NCBI GenBank assembly: GCA_010015585.1
Contig: ML975181.1
Source of the DNA: Eremomyces bilateralis CBS 781.70
Lineage: Eukaryota
Reading direction: 5' to 3' (one strand)
Length of the DNA stretch: 64,000 nucleotides
The position numbers were made by a program, and so were the translations under genes. The notes beneath the pieces were generated by a model. The model had not been told where the DNA came from. It did not search any database and saw nothing but the letters and a program-made list of their open reading frames with translations. Below, in pieces: positions 36,521 through 49,498 of this stretch (its first letter is position 1; each line of letters opens with the position of its first letter).

Positions 36521-39244
36521 ATGGACCCATCGGACCCCGTCCAAACCACCATCACCCAGCTCGAACAAGCGCGAGGCATCGCCCTCGCCGACGCGAAATC
36601 CTACGTCCAGATAGTTCCCGGTGTACTTCCTATAATTGGCGCGGGAGCGGCGATTGAGTTGAAGCGATGGGGATCGGAGTTCTTAGCGGAGACGTTCGCG
36701 TCGCCGCAGTTGGCGCAGGACGAGAAGCAGGCGCTGTGCTTGAAAGCCTTGCCGGTCCTGAATCAATATCTGGACGCGGAGAGTGAGGACATGTTCGTGG
36801 TCAAGGAAGCCGTGCAGAGTGCCGCCAGTATCTACCCGCTGGTATTCCGACATACGTGAGTACCATATCCCCCCGCCCGTACTTGTGTTAGGGGTTGAAG
36901 TTGCATCGCTGGTGAACTGGGCGTGTCCCTTGCGGCCTACGCCCGTAACTACGGCCTTCTCGTCCCTATTTTCCTGTTGTAGCAGTATCTCATGGAGTGT
37001 ATCTTGATTACAGAATCTTCAACCCATCCGACTCCACGAGCTGGCAACTCTTGAATTCCATCAAAGGTCATATACTGGGGAGGATGGATGATGCACCGGC
37101 CGCTGTACGAATATGTTGCGTCAAGTTCATACAACGAGTGGTCCAAACTCAAACACCTGGTGTAATCACAGACCCAAGGGTATGGAATCCTGAAATGCTC
37201 GATGGATGGAGGCATATTGACTATATGTGTAGAGACCGGAAGCGAATGAAGTGTCGATTGCCCTAGTTCCTCGCGATCATCCTCTCATGCAACCCGACAA
37301 CCTAGAAGCAGAGGCATCCGGCCTCCTCGACCGAATTCTCGGTATATTACAAGAGAACTCAAGGTATGGATACGGTGGTAAGTATTGTTATTCTGGAAAT
37401 GATACTAATCTCTCCAGCGATGCATTGCTTGTCACCGCAACCCTCAACTGCCTAGGCGCACTGATTCGCTCCCGAGCCTCTATTGCCAACAAGATCGTCA
37501 ATACTGTGCTCTACTTCAATCCCCTTAAACTTGCCAATTCGCCCATGACCCCTGCCAACCGTCTTAAGATCAAGTCCATGGAACGCACCACCCGTGCGCT
37601 TCTGCTCAACGTGATCAAGAAGTACGGTCCCAGTCTTGTCCGCCGTTTGACATTCTTGCATCTGACTATGTTGTAGAAACCCCAGTCACCCGCTCGCCGG
37701 GAGAATACACGAGTATCTTGAACATATGCGGCGCTCTCGCACGGAGATTCTGGACGTGTCCCGTAAGCGAGCGGCACCCGTGGATGTCGAGGTCGTGGAC
37801 ACGAAACGGCAACGTGTGGCCCCTGAGGTGGCAGCGCAATTCAATCCTCCGACACAGCAACTGACGCCGCAACCGCAATTCCCCCCTCTTCCTCCTGGAC
37901 CGGTGAGCCTAGCTCAATTATTCACACTGACGGATGATCCCGGTTCAAAGAACTTTAACGTTCGCGCAATACCGCATGATGTCGTCGTGCGGATTGTCAT
38001 TGCTTTACTGCAGACAATACCCAAGAATGAGCTCGACATCCGAGTAAATGTAAGTCACAAGCGACCTTGCTCTTCACCCCTGAGACTAATCGACTTCAGG
38101 CCGTCCGAGCAAGATATCTAAACTTAGCACAGCAACAGTCTGCCTCTGCTTTCGCTGCAGGTGCGAGACCAACAGAAGACGCAGACGAAGACGACGACTA
38201 CGAGCCCACGCTTCCAACGGAAGATGCCGAGCAGATCGCAAACAAACTGGATAGCTTTCCCCCTCCGGTGGCCGTGTTCCAAGAGGGGTTGTTCCCCGAT
38301 GTCCAGCTGGGTCCATATCGAATACCCGACCCCGAGCCGCTTTCGCAGCTCGATGCCATTCAGGTGGGCCGGCAGATCATCGACAGAATGTTCGCCAGTC
38401 TCCGCGTGGCGGAAGTCAAACCCAAAGGTGCAAATTCCACCGTCGGGTTCAATCGTCTTGCTGCGACCGGTCAGGACCGGGATTCGTTGGTGACATTAAT
38501 TTGTCGCATCGCTACACGAGCAACGGGGCTGGAGCCTGGCGATGACAGCATGGACGGTATCAAAAAGGAACACAACGGCGACTCGAAGTTCTTGGACGAC
38601 GCACCTATTCCCAGCTATATTCGCGAGCAGATGAACCTATTTGTCGTCGAGGATTTCCGACAGCGGATTGACTGCGCCATCGCCTGGCTCACTGAGGAAT
38701 GGTTCAACGACACGGTGAACGACCAAAAATCCCATGAGGAGCGCCACTCCGCCACGTCCAACGGCGCGAGCAACGGCACGCCCGTACAGAATCGGGTTGC
38801 CACCAAGCGACATTACCGAAAATGGACTCTGAAATTCATGGACGAGATATTCCACTACCTCGACCGCAACGACCGCAAGCTGCTCATCCGCTTCCTCGCC
38901 GAAATCCCCGAGTTGGACCGGGGTATGCTCACGCGAGTGCAGGCGCTGACGACCGATCCGGATCGCGTGGCGATGACGATCCAGGCGCTGCAGTACCTCA
39001 TCCTGTTTAAGCCCCCGGTGCGGGACCTGTGCTTGGACGTCGTGGAGGATTTGTGGAAGAACAGTAAGTTGGCGGATTCCTGGCGGCAGTCCGGCGAAGG
39101 TGGCATGTCGTGGCTAACAGACGAACAGACGAGGATGCCAAGGCGCTGACGGTCAAGATTTTGACTAAGCATCGGCCACATGTGGTGAGCGCTGGGATGA
39201 CGAATGGATCTGCCGCTCCTGTTGAGGTGAAAGCAGAGTCATGA
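36521..39244 (+). CDS. PTA1: mRNA cleavage/polyadenylation scaffold Pta1 (symplekin N-terminal family), multi-exon
   Basis: QLEQARGIAL, ELKRWGSEFLAETFASP, VRICCVKFIQRVVQTQTPG, LEAEASGLLDRIL, KSMERTTRALL, DFRQRIDCAIAWLTEEWFND and LIRFLAEIPEL. Last exon ends TGA at 39242-39244. Confidence 0.9.
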
Positions 39245-40323
39245 TTATCATTACTTGGCGTCGCGGAAAAGTTTATCGGTGCGGTGCAAGACAACGGTGA
39301 AATTCGGTACCTGTAGTGGCTTTCAGGGGCATATGTTCCAATTTGAGACTATGACGACGGAGTTGTCACTCGGCAGAGCGGGCAGAAAGTGAAGTTACAG
39401 GTCGATTGTTTCGTTAGATACCCATTTACAGACAAGCAATCAACAGTGTTGAAATACCTAAATGCATGTATTCGCGGTGTTGGATAGGAAGGTTACGTCG
39501 CGCAACAATGCCTCCTCTTTCTAGCGCCCATGGAGGAGTCCAAGGGGGTCCAATCCGGGTGGTGGAAATTACAAAGTCGGGAACCTGCTTGACTTCTTAT
39601 CAAAATGAACTAGTTTCTTAAGCCATTATTACGTGAACATAAGGTACCTATCTTTGGATGAAAGGTCGTTGTCCGTAACAATGGAAGCGGACTGGATGGA
39701 TTCAGCGCAGCGAGCTGAGCATGAATGAACTGAATTATCGTCAGTCTCGCGGCCTTGGCGCCTCAGTGATTGTTCCACTTCGGCCTTCGAACCATCCAGC
39801 GGTGACCAGCGACCAGAATACATCCTTCGCTTCTAATTTAAATCCTATGCGTTTCAGACCGACGCCCGCCACGTTCAATCCCGTAATTTGCGTCTTGGCT
39901 ACAGTTTATGGTGCTAGTAATCAAGGATACAGCTATAGCTCTCCGATGGCAACGGAGGCCGACAAGTCTCGCAAGTCGCCAGGCTGTCGCGGGTCGACTT
40001 TCCAACACAGGGGAGGTGGATTGATCGTCAGCGATTGATGCATTTCGTGCTAGCTCTGGGTAACCATTAACGCAAGCAGAGCCTCATTGTGGAATCATTA
40101 ATGGCGAGACCATGGCCTGGGTCGCATGTCGACTTGAAGGATTCAGTGGCGGTTGAATCCCGATTTCCTTCGGTATCGTCCTACCCAAAGTAGTATACAG
40201 GTATAAAGGGACGGCCCCCAAGGAGTTGGGATTGAATAGGCGATCAAATGGCACGGATCCATGAGCAATAAGTATATAATCTCTCGAATTATCATTCAAA
40301 GTCCCTCAATTTCTTTTATTATC

Positions 40324-41677
40324 ATGGTCGTCTCTGATCGACCACCGAAGAATCGGCTCAATCTTTTGGCACGAAAAGTCTACAACCCCCTTGGCTTCAC
40401 GCGATTCTATAACTTTATGCTATGTCAGTGTTCTCCTCCAAATGCCTCACCGATTCCGTTCTCACCAAGCTGAACAGGGTTCATCTTCTCCGGAGCGTTG
40501 CTGGGCTTCCTCCTGGCCCGCTCACCGTACATGAACTTCGGGGGTGTCTTCTGTCCCCAAAATGCTCAGCCAAGTCTCTCTGCGGCGCCAGGAGAGTGCC
40601 TGATCTACACGTCTCGCAACCTGTACAAGATTGGTATCATCATGCACCTTTGCACCATCATTCCCGCGGGGTTTTTAGCACTATTTCAGTTCCTTCCGGC
40701 GATCAGACACAGAGTCAGACTTTTCCATAGACTCAATGGCTACGCTATCATACTATTGATCCAGCTTGCGCATATTGGAGCTTTGATGATTACCCGGGTT
40801 GGCTTCGGCGGGTCCCTGGCCACTCAATCTTCCGTTGGTATGATAGCTCTTGCTTCGACGGTCTCGATAGCTTTGGCCTGGGTTAATATCAGGCGTTTGC
40901 AAATTGACCAGCACCGCAACTGGATGCTCCGGGCCTGGTTCTATGTCAGTCGCTTCCGCTTCCCCTCCTCATCTTTTACTAACCTAAGCTGGTAGATTGG
41001 AGCCCCCATCTCTCAACGCCTCCTTTTCCTTATCATCCAGCCAATTATCTCCTGGATTGGAACTTACTATTACGCCATATCTTGCAAAATGATTGTCGAC
41101 ATGTTGACCACATTCGGCACTGAGACAGAAGCCATTGCTTCTTCATATTCTGCATGTGTGCCGTTCCTCGACGGCACGAACCTACAACAACACTCTGCTG
41201 TCTTCGCCACGCTAGAGGCCGGTATAATTGAGGTAATAGCAGTCTTGGATATCTCTTTCGGTATGGCCCTTTGGCTAGCATTCATCATGCATGCTATTGG
41301 GATCGAATTATACGTACGAACCTGTCCAAAATGGCCCTCCTCAAACACAAACACGGTCGCTAACACCACTCTTCCAGATTCAACTTACACCCCGAGAATC
41401 CGAGCGCCTTCGTCAAGTGGCGTACGAAAGACAGGTTGAAGCAGGCATGTCCCATCCTGGAAATGCGGGCATTACAGCCAATCGATTGGGAGACGCGAAT
41501 CCTTTTGTCCCACTGAGTAAGACGAAGACATGGCCTAAGCAGATGTACAATACGGGTCCCAGCAAGGAGAGGGTGGAAATGTGGACAAATGCTCCAAGCA
41601 GAGGGAATCAAAACATCCGTTGTAAAAAGTTGGAATGGATCCATTCGTGGCAGTGTGATCACCGGCCAATTCGATGA
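40324..41677 (+). CDS. DUF2306-like predicted membrane protein (multi-exon)
   Basis: RKVYNPLGFTRFYNF, MHLCTIIPAGFLALFQFLPAIR, FHRLNGY, RLQIDQHRNWMLRAWFY and LTPRESERLRQVAYERQ. Introns ~40423-40477, 40945-40995 and 41314-41377. Confidence 0.75.
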
Positions 41678-41891
41678 ACCATTGCGGAATTTGAAGGCAG
41701 GACAGCTTCCGGTTTGATTTAGCGATGGTGTAGGGAGCATATTCGAATTTCGGGTCTTGATGTCTCGCAGCGTTCCACTGGATCGGGACTACTCCGTACA
41801 GTATGGTATTTACACTTTTTTCTGGATGTGCCGTCTCCATCTCCCAACGAATTGCTCAGATTACCTCAGTCCGTTACCTGGGTAATATGTA

Positions 41892-42122
41892 CTCCACAGG
41901 CGGGTAGTCAATACAAGCGAGCGGTCAAACCTAACCACGAAACACCCGTGAGCCAGGATATCGGGTTGAAACATGTCTTCCAGGTCATCCAGTTATTACA
42001 GATTAGTTTTTCTAGTTATCGGAATTTCATATAATTAGGGCGTTGTAGAGATATCTGTAATTGAAGTGGTTTGGTTTGGCTGGGGCTGACCGCTCGCTTG
42101 TATTGACCACTCGCTTGTGGAG
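41892..42122. mobile_element. MITE (231 bp), Tc1/mariner-pogo type, with TA target-site duplication
   Basis: Left end CTCCACAGGCGGGTAGTCAATACAAGCGAGCGGTCA; right end reverse-complemented CTCCACAAGCGAGTGGTCAATACAAGCGAGCGGTCA (33/36 match). TA flanks at 41890-91 and 42123-24; non-coding AT-rich interior. Confidence 0.88.
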
Positions 42123-43758
42123 TACGTTATACTGTAGTTAATTAACTTACTGAGTATCTACTATTGACCAAGCGGAACCCTCCCTGAAAATAAGGCCGTG
42201 TGTTGAGTAAACCACAACGTTATCCCCGTATTACAGTGATTCCAAACCAACCGGACTCGGCGTCCTCGGGCTCAGGGCCCAGCCATGTCAAATCACAAAT
42301 CAGACCACACACCCAAAGTTCTCGGCCAGGATTCGGCAGCGTTGATGATCTGCATTATCTCTAAGGGGCAAGAGTTCATTCCGACATGTTATATTTGAAC
42401 ATGGGGGCAGCTTTGCCAGCGCAAGCATGCAGTGACGCGGATTAGTGATTTGAACAATTACTAGACTCGATAACCACTCACCAGAGCCCAAAAAAGCCAC
42501 TGAATTGAATCGGTCCGTGTGGCGCGATATGGACGTTTAGTCGTTTAAATGTGTGCCTTGGAAGTACCTAGCACAATGCACACTGATGCAGATGCTCATC
42601 CACCATCGCTAGGCTCCAGCGTTTTTGTCGCGATGCAGCGCAATTGAGCAAATGGGAGGCCCGTTTCGAATACAGGAACGCTTGATAAGCACGACAAATG
42701 TGCGCAATTCGTCCACAAAATGCCTTCGGCTTGCTGCATCGATAACTTGATAGTTGATAGTGTCAAGTGTCGCCTGGCTGGCTCTATCACGTCCGAGTGC
42801 TTAATGGAGTAATAGATAATGATTTTACAATCTGAAAATCGCCAGGGCTTCCTCGAGGCTCAAGGAGGGCATACTCCATGTAATGAAAGGTAAGCAGCAA
42901 GCAGCCTGCGTATTCGGTAACAAAACGCAGCGACCAGGCGACCAGCTGGGGATGATGTACGTAAATAACTGGACACGCGTCTATTTGAAGACTTACCGCA
43001 ATTTTCGCCTAATCGAAAGCCGCGAGGTCATTCATAGCGTGAGTGTGAAAATGGAAGATGTTGCGAGCTCACAAAGCCGTGACCAGTTCGAAATACGAAA
43101 AGGGCGTTCGGTCCTTGAGCGATCTGATTTGACGATGCGGCAGCTCACCCACAACCCAGTCGGGCCTTGACGCCAGCACGGGTTCGGAAGCACTAAGATG
43201 TGCTGGAGATCTGGAAGGCCCTGGGGCCGAATCTGCATATTCGATGAATAGCGGAGGGCACAGACGGGAGTCGGGATGGACCATTCGTCCGCCGGGATTT
43301 GTACGCGTCGTCCTGAAGAGGCTTGGATAGCCTGAATTCGGCTTAGAAAAGTAGCAAGCAGCAACATGCATCTCGGAGTTACCGCTGAGCTGCGCGGAGA
43401 TCATCCAAATCTCCAAGACCTTGGTAGATGCGGGACGAAGTAATGACAAGCACTGCCAAAAAAAAAACAGCTTACATTTTGGACTATCCTGCCGTTTCTA
43501 TTCGGAGTAAATGATTAGGCCAAGCAGTGTCAGGTGCTCCAGTGACAAACCGCCAATTTAGTACCTTGCTCTCGAATTGTATCACTGACAAAAGTCCAGA
43601 TGGTTCGAGGAGAGAAGTGAGAACAAGGACCAGGCTTTCAAATGGATCCTACATTATTACTTCTCACTGCTGTCATATCGAGTTGCTGACCGATAAATAC
43701 CTCGTAACCATCCACAGCCACCGTTTAGTTACGTCCGTACCCGTACCTGATCAAATAT

Positions 43759-43808
43759 TAGGCTAAGTAGCGGCCGCTGATAGGCTAAGTAGCGGCCACT
43801 GATAGGCT
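43759..43808 (+). repeat. 22-bp tandem repeat (2.3 copies)
   Basis: TAGGCTAAGTAGCGGCCGCTGA / TAGGCTAAGTAGCGGCCACTGA / TAGGCT. Confidence 0.85.
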
Positions 43809-45155
43809 TTAAGAGTGCTCATGGCAAATGGACAAAGCAGCGATCGATTGAAAGCGTTCAGGTCCTCAGCCCTGGTAGTCTCTCAGATTATTAAGTTCGT
43901 AGGAGTGTCACTAGTATACCCATTCAGGGTGTTCACATATTGGAATTTGGATGATTCATAATGTCGGGCGAAGCTATCACCGACCCCATGTCTTAAATGG
44001 GCCATCGGTCTGGTTAACCGGCCGAGCGTCATCGAAAACTCCCTAATTATTTCGATTACTGTGGTTCTTCAACCGTTCAACGTCAAAAGTCATTAAAACG
44101 TCAATTCTTCACCCTGTCAACGCGCCAATGAAGCACTAATTACATCGGTTTGACCTCGACAAGACGCGTCGATTACTATCCCGTCCACTCTTAAGTCCGC
44201 GGGGTCCGTGGTGTCCTTGTGTCCCTCCAACCTCCAAGCGTCCAAGTTTATTATGCATAACAGCCGTGGCGCGGTGGGACGAGATACCTTCTTGATCAAG
44301 CCCCCAAGCCTGACGTTTTGATCTTCGTGTCTGATGAGGATCAAAAATAGCCAGCCGTCAGCACCTCGGGGTGCCTCTGCGATGATCTCCATGGGACATG
44401 AGTCTACTGTGTATGGTCAGGATTTGAGTTTCGCATGGAGACCTGGTGGGATTACGGGTGGCACAGTTTAGGGCGGAAGACTGCCGGATTTCCCGACTCT
44501 CGGGGTTATCGCCGCCGGTCCAGGAACACAATTCGGATGGACGACGGAGCAAGAATGCAACCTGCTCTCTAATACAAATTACAGGCTGCTTACATCAACA
44601 ACGGGCCCACTGTTGAAGAAAAAAAGGAAGCGGAATGACCAAACCCAGAGGATTTCGTTCACATCCCCAGGGCTGACAAGAGGCAGAGGGCCACAAGCGC
44701 ATGCTCGGCCCCGTACACTGCTAGGGCTGTCCCCCGGCCCTTGTCGATTTGCTGCCGATTGCCCGACTGAGGCTTCACTGGGTGATGATGTGGACGAAAC
44801 GCAAGAAATACCGCTCCTCACTACTGCTGCCGTCCACTCAGCATTATTTGGTGAATTAGGGTTGTATTACCCATCATGATTCCGCCCTGCACTCTATGTC
44901 GGCCCATCATGTCATACACCCCCGTTGCATCGTCCCTGGATATAAGAACGTCGTTATCCCCAGTCACACAATTGATAATCTGTTATGAGCCTCAATTCGG
45001 ACTTCCCCAGATCGATCGTGTGTTGTTTGATTCGTCTTTGATTGTCTAACTTGGCCCTGATATACTTTGAATTGTCGCTCTGCTATTCAATATATATTTT
45101 GATATTTTAGTCCACGCCGCTTGATATTATACTGGCACATCTGATATCGAGCACG

Positions 45156-46202
45156 ATGTCCACCCCACAGAGGCAACCCTCAATGTCCGCGGACGAGGAA
45201 AATGGTCGAAAGCGAGTCGGTAAAGCGTGTGACCGTTGTAGACTCAAAAAGTCAAAGGTCAGACTCATCTGTCTCGCTCCTCCAAAGTCATGACTGACAT
45301 TCATTATTTAGTGTGATGGTGCGACCCCCTGTTCACGATGCAAAGCAGACAACGCTATCTGTGTCTTTGGAGAGCGAAAGAGGGTACATGACAAAGTCTA
45401 CCCTAAAGGGTAAGACATGTTCGGCCAAAGACTTGGATATTGTTTCTAACTTCACTTTAGCTACGTTGAGATGCTGGAACAGCAACAGGCGCAGCTAGTC
45501 GCCGGCCTCCGAGAGCTGTACCACCGCCTTCAACCGGGCTGTGAACGACAAGCCTGGCCAGGGGCACCATTGGAGACGCAAGAGAATGGACATCCTCTCA
45601 CCCACGACATCCTCGAGCGCCTGGACCTTCTCTACTTGCGGATAGAAGGTGGCCCAATTCCAGATGGCACATTCGAGGACGATCCGGCCAAACTGCAGCA
45701 GAAAATGGTTCGAAACGGGTCTAGACTAGTCAAGCGCCGCGGTTCGGTCTCATCGGATTCATCCCACGATGTCAGCCCCTCAACATCCACCTTCGATACA
45801 CCGCCAACAACGAACCTAAGTTATAACGATCATTACTCAGGAATGCCGCCAACACCACCAGCGGTGCATCGCAGTCCATTCATGCGGCAAACGGAGCTGC
45901 CGGCGAAGAAGATGCGAGGAGCACAGTTCGGCATGCCTCTGCATCAACCGCAGGTGGCCATCCACACAGCGGTTATGAACAACGCGCCGGCCATCCGGAA
46001 CTCTCTCATGAATCAGACAATGGAAGAAGACAGTGAGTTGTTCGCGCAGATGGACAGCTCGATATATGACGGTGCAGCTCTCATGGCCCCGTTCAACGGC
46101 TTTGGGATCCCAGCACCGACCACCATGGCGATGGACTGGTCGGACCCGAGCGCCGATTTGGACTTCGGCAGTTTCATCCAAGCTGGTCGAGGAACGGTGT
46201 AG
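45156..46202 (+). CDS. Zn(II)2Cys6 transcription factor (Fcr1-like), 3 coding exons
   Basis: Spliced RKRVGKACDRCRLKKSK|CDGATPCSRCKADNAICVFGERKRVHDKVYPKG|YVEMLEQQQ; introns 45258-45311 and 45410-45460; GHPLTHDILERL. Confidence 0.92.
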
Positions 46203-48432
46203 AGCCTATCACGGGCGACATCAAACCAACGATTACTCCCAGGATCAGCCATTCAATCCTGGTGGCACGCCTGGACTTCGGCACAGCACTTCGCTGGCCG
46301 ACCCGTCCAGTATGAGAGGAGAGGGAGGAGGCTAATATTTGCAACATGCTTCACTTCACCACTCCGGCTGTGGACTTTACGTGACTACGTTTAAGCGGGC
46401 GCAGGGGAAGGATCCCTTTGTTTCTATTCATGGGCGTTCAGGCATATATTGGGTTCAATAGACGGAGGGCCTAAAGAGAAGGGCGATCCTTCCATCCAGG
46501 AACTTTCTTTTCATGTTGCATGAGCGGCACCACTGTCGATACCATTTGCAGTCGAGTTGTGAGATGTAATTCCGAATATTCACCAACCTCAACTCTTCAC
46601 CCTCGACTTTCTTCATTGCCGTGAGTAAATCATGAGATGATCAATGGCCCAATTATCAGACCCTGATATGACACGCCCACGGCCCATCCTAAATTCTAGA
46701 CCATATGAGCAGATTGTTTCCTTATCCCTTAAGGACTCTTCATCATCATGGGATAAGCATTCGGCAGCCTACATGCTGCATCCGTGAAGGCCTGAACGGG
46801 TCAGCACTGAGATCAGCTCAGGGACCGGCAAGCAGCCTCACAGGCTGAACATAGCAAGGCCCAACCTACCGGTATTGGGCTGGATATTAGGATCCAAGGG
46901 GTGGGTACCGCGGGATTGTACCGCAGCCAAGCCGGAATTACTTTGAGCGAACATTAGAATTTTCCATTCTTGGCGAATCTAAGAGAGTCTAATCGCGCTA
47001 GTTAGTTCTGGAATTTGGATATCCCCGGGCGACGAAGTTGTGCAATTGTTGCCTTGCTGCGATTAGGTAAGTGAATCGGAAAAACCACCTCCAATTCACC
47101 ACCTCCGCAGTGACGACTGTACTCTCCTAATGTGAGGCTATAATGTTTGATTTTCACTTTCCTAGTCCCTTTTGTATTGCGCGATTAATACTCTCTCCTT
47201 CCGCATGTTACGGCACAATGCCTCCCTAAGCAAGCGGAGATGTCGACTAAGCGATTCGGCCATTTCTCGCGAGCGAGCCAGGTTCCTCCACTGATTTCAT
47301 GGGCCAGTCATAGAACTCTGATGCCCGTGTTAATGTTCGACGGACAGTCGCGCTTCATCTCCGAATCCTCGATCGGCTTCCCCAGAGCTGCAGTCGTTCG
47401 ATGCGCAGGGATTCATGGTTGGTTTGACATGTTGGCCATCAAGGTTCGGGAAGAGATCCAACGGATCGTGAATCCAGGGATCGTTTACTCTCGCACGCTG
47501 CCTCCATGGACTTGTCCAAGACTCACGGATTTCCGATAGATGTTGTCGGTGATGCTGCGAACTTTGAGGAACGGCAATCTCCTGACGGGCGTGACATTTT
47601 CAATGTTGACTAGGGCTCTGTGCGACGTCAATCTCACGAAACAATTTCATGTACTTGAACTTTTGGATGAGTGATGATTTCTCATATTGCATCATACTTA
47701 GCCGTAGACAGATTCTCGAACACAGGTCGATTGCTTGTATGGGCCGTATAGGTACTCTGTAACCCCCAGATTCTACTTGTCATTTACGAGTGTACTGTTG
47801 TACTCTATCTTCGAACCCCGTGTGTAGGTGTCAACTTCTGGAAAACTGGTGAGCTGCCGAGTTAGAGCTCTGATTTGAATTGAAACAGCTCCGATCGTCA
47901 TGTGACGACGGTTAAAGAAGTGCAACCACGTGTTTGAGTCCCCCAATAGTAAACACAAAGCGATAGCCGATGGGAGCTTGTCTTGTCCCCAGACTCCTAG
48001 GAGATCCTGTGTTTGACACCTCGATGCCTAGTATTGGGCGGTCGCGTATTTGTTATTTGGAAGTCACTGTAGTGTCTAGGTCGGTGCTGAAGATGATAGG
48101 ATGAGCAACTTTTCGCGGCGTGTGCTGTTTGCTATCATCGCGGTCGCGTCACTATTTGTACTGTTCAGGTAAGAGAGCAGCTCCAGTCTTCTGTTCAAGA
48201 TCGTCAATTTAGCCGGAGTCCAAAACCACGGCACTTCAACCGCCTGTCAGAAAGTCGACACGGTAACCTCAATTCTACATGTTAAGACCCTTTTAATTCC
48301 CATTTCTGATCGCTGTCCCCTCGAACATCTCCTTAAACTGTGCAATAACTTGCGAAGTCTCGCGGGTGAAGAAATTGTACGGATATCCTGATCTCATATA
48401 GCTCCTTCAACCTGCAGTCAACAATCTCGGAA

Positions 48433-49498
48433 ATGGCATCGCAAGATAAGGCAGTGGCAGAGTTCCTGCCACTCGGCGCAATCATTCGAACGTTTTTGGT
48501 TGATGGCCAAAACATTGTTCAGAACTTCGAGAAGACGGATGAGTACAGGCAATACAATGTGCCGCATTTCGGAGAGACCATCGGCCGGGTTGCGAATCGA
48601 ATCTCTGGCGCAAAGATCAACAGTCTGAACAGCCAGTCATACGAATTGGCTGCAAATAATGGACCGAATAGTCTCCATGGTGGCCCTACGGGCTGGGGAA
48701 AGAGGGTCTTTACTGGCCCCGAAGTCGACGACAAAGGGCGAACGGTCTTCCGTTATCGAAGCGCAGACGGCGAAGAAGGCTTCCCTGGAGCCGTGGAGCT
48801 TCGGGTCTATTACACTGCAAGCACTGAGAAGAGCAACGGCAAGGAAACCAGTGTTTTGGAGATTGAATATGAAGTTGAAATGGTGGGAAATGAAGCGGAA
48901 GAGAAAGACATCACAGAGACTGTGGTTGGGATCACAAACCACAGGTATTTGACCCACCATCGTCTGTACTTTGGCCTCGCTAACAAAGTAAAGCTACTTC
49001 AACTTGAACTTACCGAACTCTTCCATCGCCGATACCGATGTCACTCTCGCGACATCGCAACACATGGTTGTCGACGATACAAGCATCCCTACCGGGCCGA
49101 TTGAGTCCTATCCTGGGATATCCGCCAACAAGCCTTTCAAACTCGGGCCAACCGATCCTGACATCGATCATTGCTTCATTCTGAACGAGGACCCCTCCTC
49201 GGTCCCGATCGATACGCGGAAGCTCCCCCTACAGCGCCTCATCCATGCTCGGAATCCGGAATCGCGAATCAACCTGGAAGTCCACAGCACCGAGCCGGCC
49301 TTCCAGTTCTATACCGGCAGGTATATCGACGTCCCTGCAGCAGGAACACAGCCCGCCCGTGGCTCGCGGAGTGGATTTTGCGTGGAGCCCAGTCGATACG
49401 TCAATTCGATCAATGTTGACGAATGGAAAGGGATGGTGATCTTGAAGCGCGGACAACAATATGGGAGCAAGATCGTGTACAAGGGATGGCGCGAGTGA
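48433..49498 (+). CDS. Aldose 1-epimerase (galactose mutarotase)
   Basis: GETIGRVANRI, NSLHGG, EEGFPG, TNHS|YFNL across intron 48945-48993, DHCF, TEPAFQFYTG and GFCVEP. Confidence 0.93.

Noticed and set aside
36855..37012. Stwintron (nested intron) model for PTA1 intron 1; also tested for EXO1 intron 2
   Set aside because: Removing the inner intron does not rebuild a valid donor in the right frame, and the residual PTA1 intron would be only ~29 nt.
47240..47640. Protein-like fragments on the minus strand
   Set aside because: Multiple stops and frame changes with no recognisable family; cannot support a pseudogene call.
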